This document shows positions 31,636-32,000 of a stretch of DNA of 32,000 nucleotides, one piece after another. A program made the translations under genes and the position numbers. The DNA is from Pyrodictium abyssi (GTDB taxonomy: Archaea > Thermoproteota > Thermoprotei_A > Sulfolobales > Pyrodictiaceae). Numbering within the stretch: position 1 is the stretch's first letter; the number at the start of each line of letters is the position of its first letter. The notes beneath the pieces are model-generated. The model had not been told where the DNA came from. It ran no database searches and was given only the letters and a program-made list of their open reading frames with translations. The stretch is from the NCBI RefSeq assembly GCF_036323395.1, contig NZ_AP028907.1, forward strand, positions 360,001 to 392,000. Reading direction: 5' to 3'.

Positions 31636-32000
31636 CTACACCTCTGCGCCCAGTATGAGCGATAACAGGGCCATGCGTACGGGGACGCCGTTCCGGGCCT
31701 GGAGGAAATACGCGGCGTAGCGGGACGAGTCCACATTGGCGGCTATCTCGTCCACCCTAGGCAGCGGGTGGAGAACACGCAGCTCTGGCTTAGCGCCCCT
31801 CTCCAGTAGCTCTCGTGTCACACGGTAGCTGCCGCGCACCTTCTCGTACTCCCTAGGGTCGGGGAACCGCTCCCGCTGTATACGCGTCACATACAGCACA
31901 TCGAGCTCTCCTAGGACGTCGTCGAGCTTGCTGACCTCCTCGTAGTCTATGCCGGCCTCGTCGAGCCTGGCTCTTACCTCGGGCCTCGCGCGGAGGAGGG
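31636..32000 (-). CDS. pyrB: Aspartate carbamoyltransferase catalytic chain, C-terminal part (N-terminus beyond the window end)
   Basis: The frame is open to base 32000. It contains [13 protein letters not shown] and [10 protein letters not shown], the ATCase signatures. Confidence 0.9.
   Translation of the reverse strand, partial: LLRARPEVRARLDEAGIDYEEVSKLDDVLGELDVLYVTRIQRERFPDPREYEKVRGSYRVTRELLERGAKPELRVLHPLPRVDEIAANVDSSRYAAYFLQARNGVPVRMALLSLILGAEV

Noticed and set aside
1-32000. CRISPR arrays, tRNA/rRNA genes, IS elements or integrases
   Set aside because: I found no regularly spaced direct repeats, no cloverleaf-like GC-rich 75-nt units in intergenic regions, and no transposase- or integrase-like ORFs. 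Absence is based on reading by eye, not on a tRNAscan or CRISPR-finder run.

Overview
The window looks like a compact, high-GC chromosome segment from a hyperthermophilic crenarchaeon. The evidence is ribosomal protein L13e, heavy use of ATA and AGG codons despite roughly 60-67% G+C in typical genes, frequent GTG/TTG starts, overlapping gene ends and TATA-like promoter boxes. That assignment is an inference. About 31 protein genes are supportable. I could find no rRNA, tRNA, CRISPR array, transposase or integrase. Housekeeping content: Trm5/Taw2-type tRNA methyltransferase (partial), family-4 uracil-DNA glycosylase, a PNP/UDP-family nucleoside phosphorylase, a ubiquitin-like sulfur carrier with a TtuA/NcsA-type tRNA 2-thiolase, a BMP-type ABC importer (ATPase plus two permeases), L13e, Lrp/AsnC, DUF211, a Trbp111-like tRNA-binding protein, SRP19 and a pyrB-pyrI-pyrK-pyrC cluster. 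Parts worth a second look: (1) a roughly 3.8-kb compositionally mixed segment (16.6-20.5 kb). It carries a [NiFe]-hydrogenase large subunit with no small subunit or maturation protease nearby, a Cys-free unknown protein and a NikR-like ribbon-helix-helix regulator lacking the Ni ligands. It has imperfect direct repeats at both edges and shares a TAGTAG-N10-CTACTA dyad in its two promoter regions. (2) A MacB/FtsX-type ABC pair interrupted by a 1333-aa multi-module, sequon-rich surface protein, with all three genes translationally coupled. (3) A 313-bp GC-rich, highly self-complementary spacer inside the BMP ABC operon. (4) An AT-rich patch with a frameshifted MFS transporter. (5) An orphan 462-aa protein with a possible nuclease-like C-terminus. 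(6) A KaiC-like ATPase with a degenerate second domain. All homology calls come from motif recognition by eye, with no database search.
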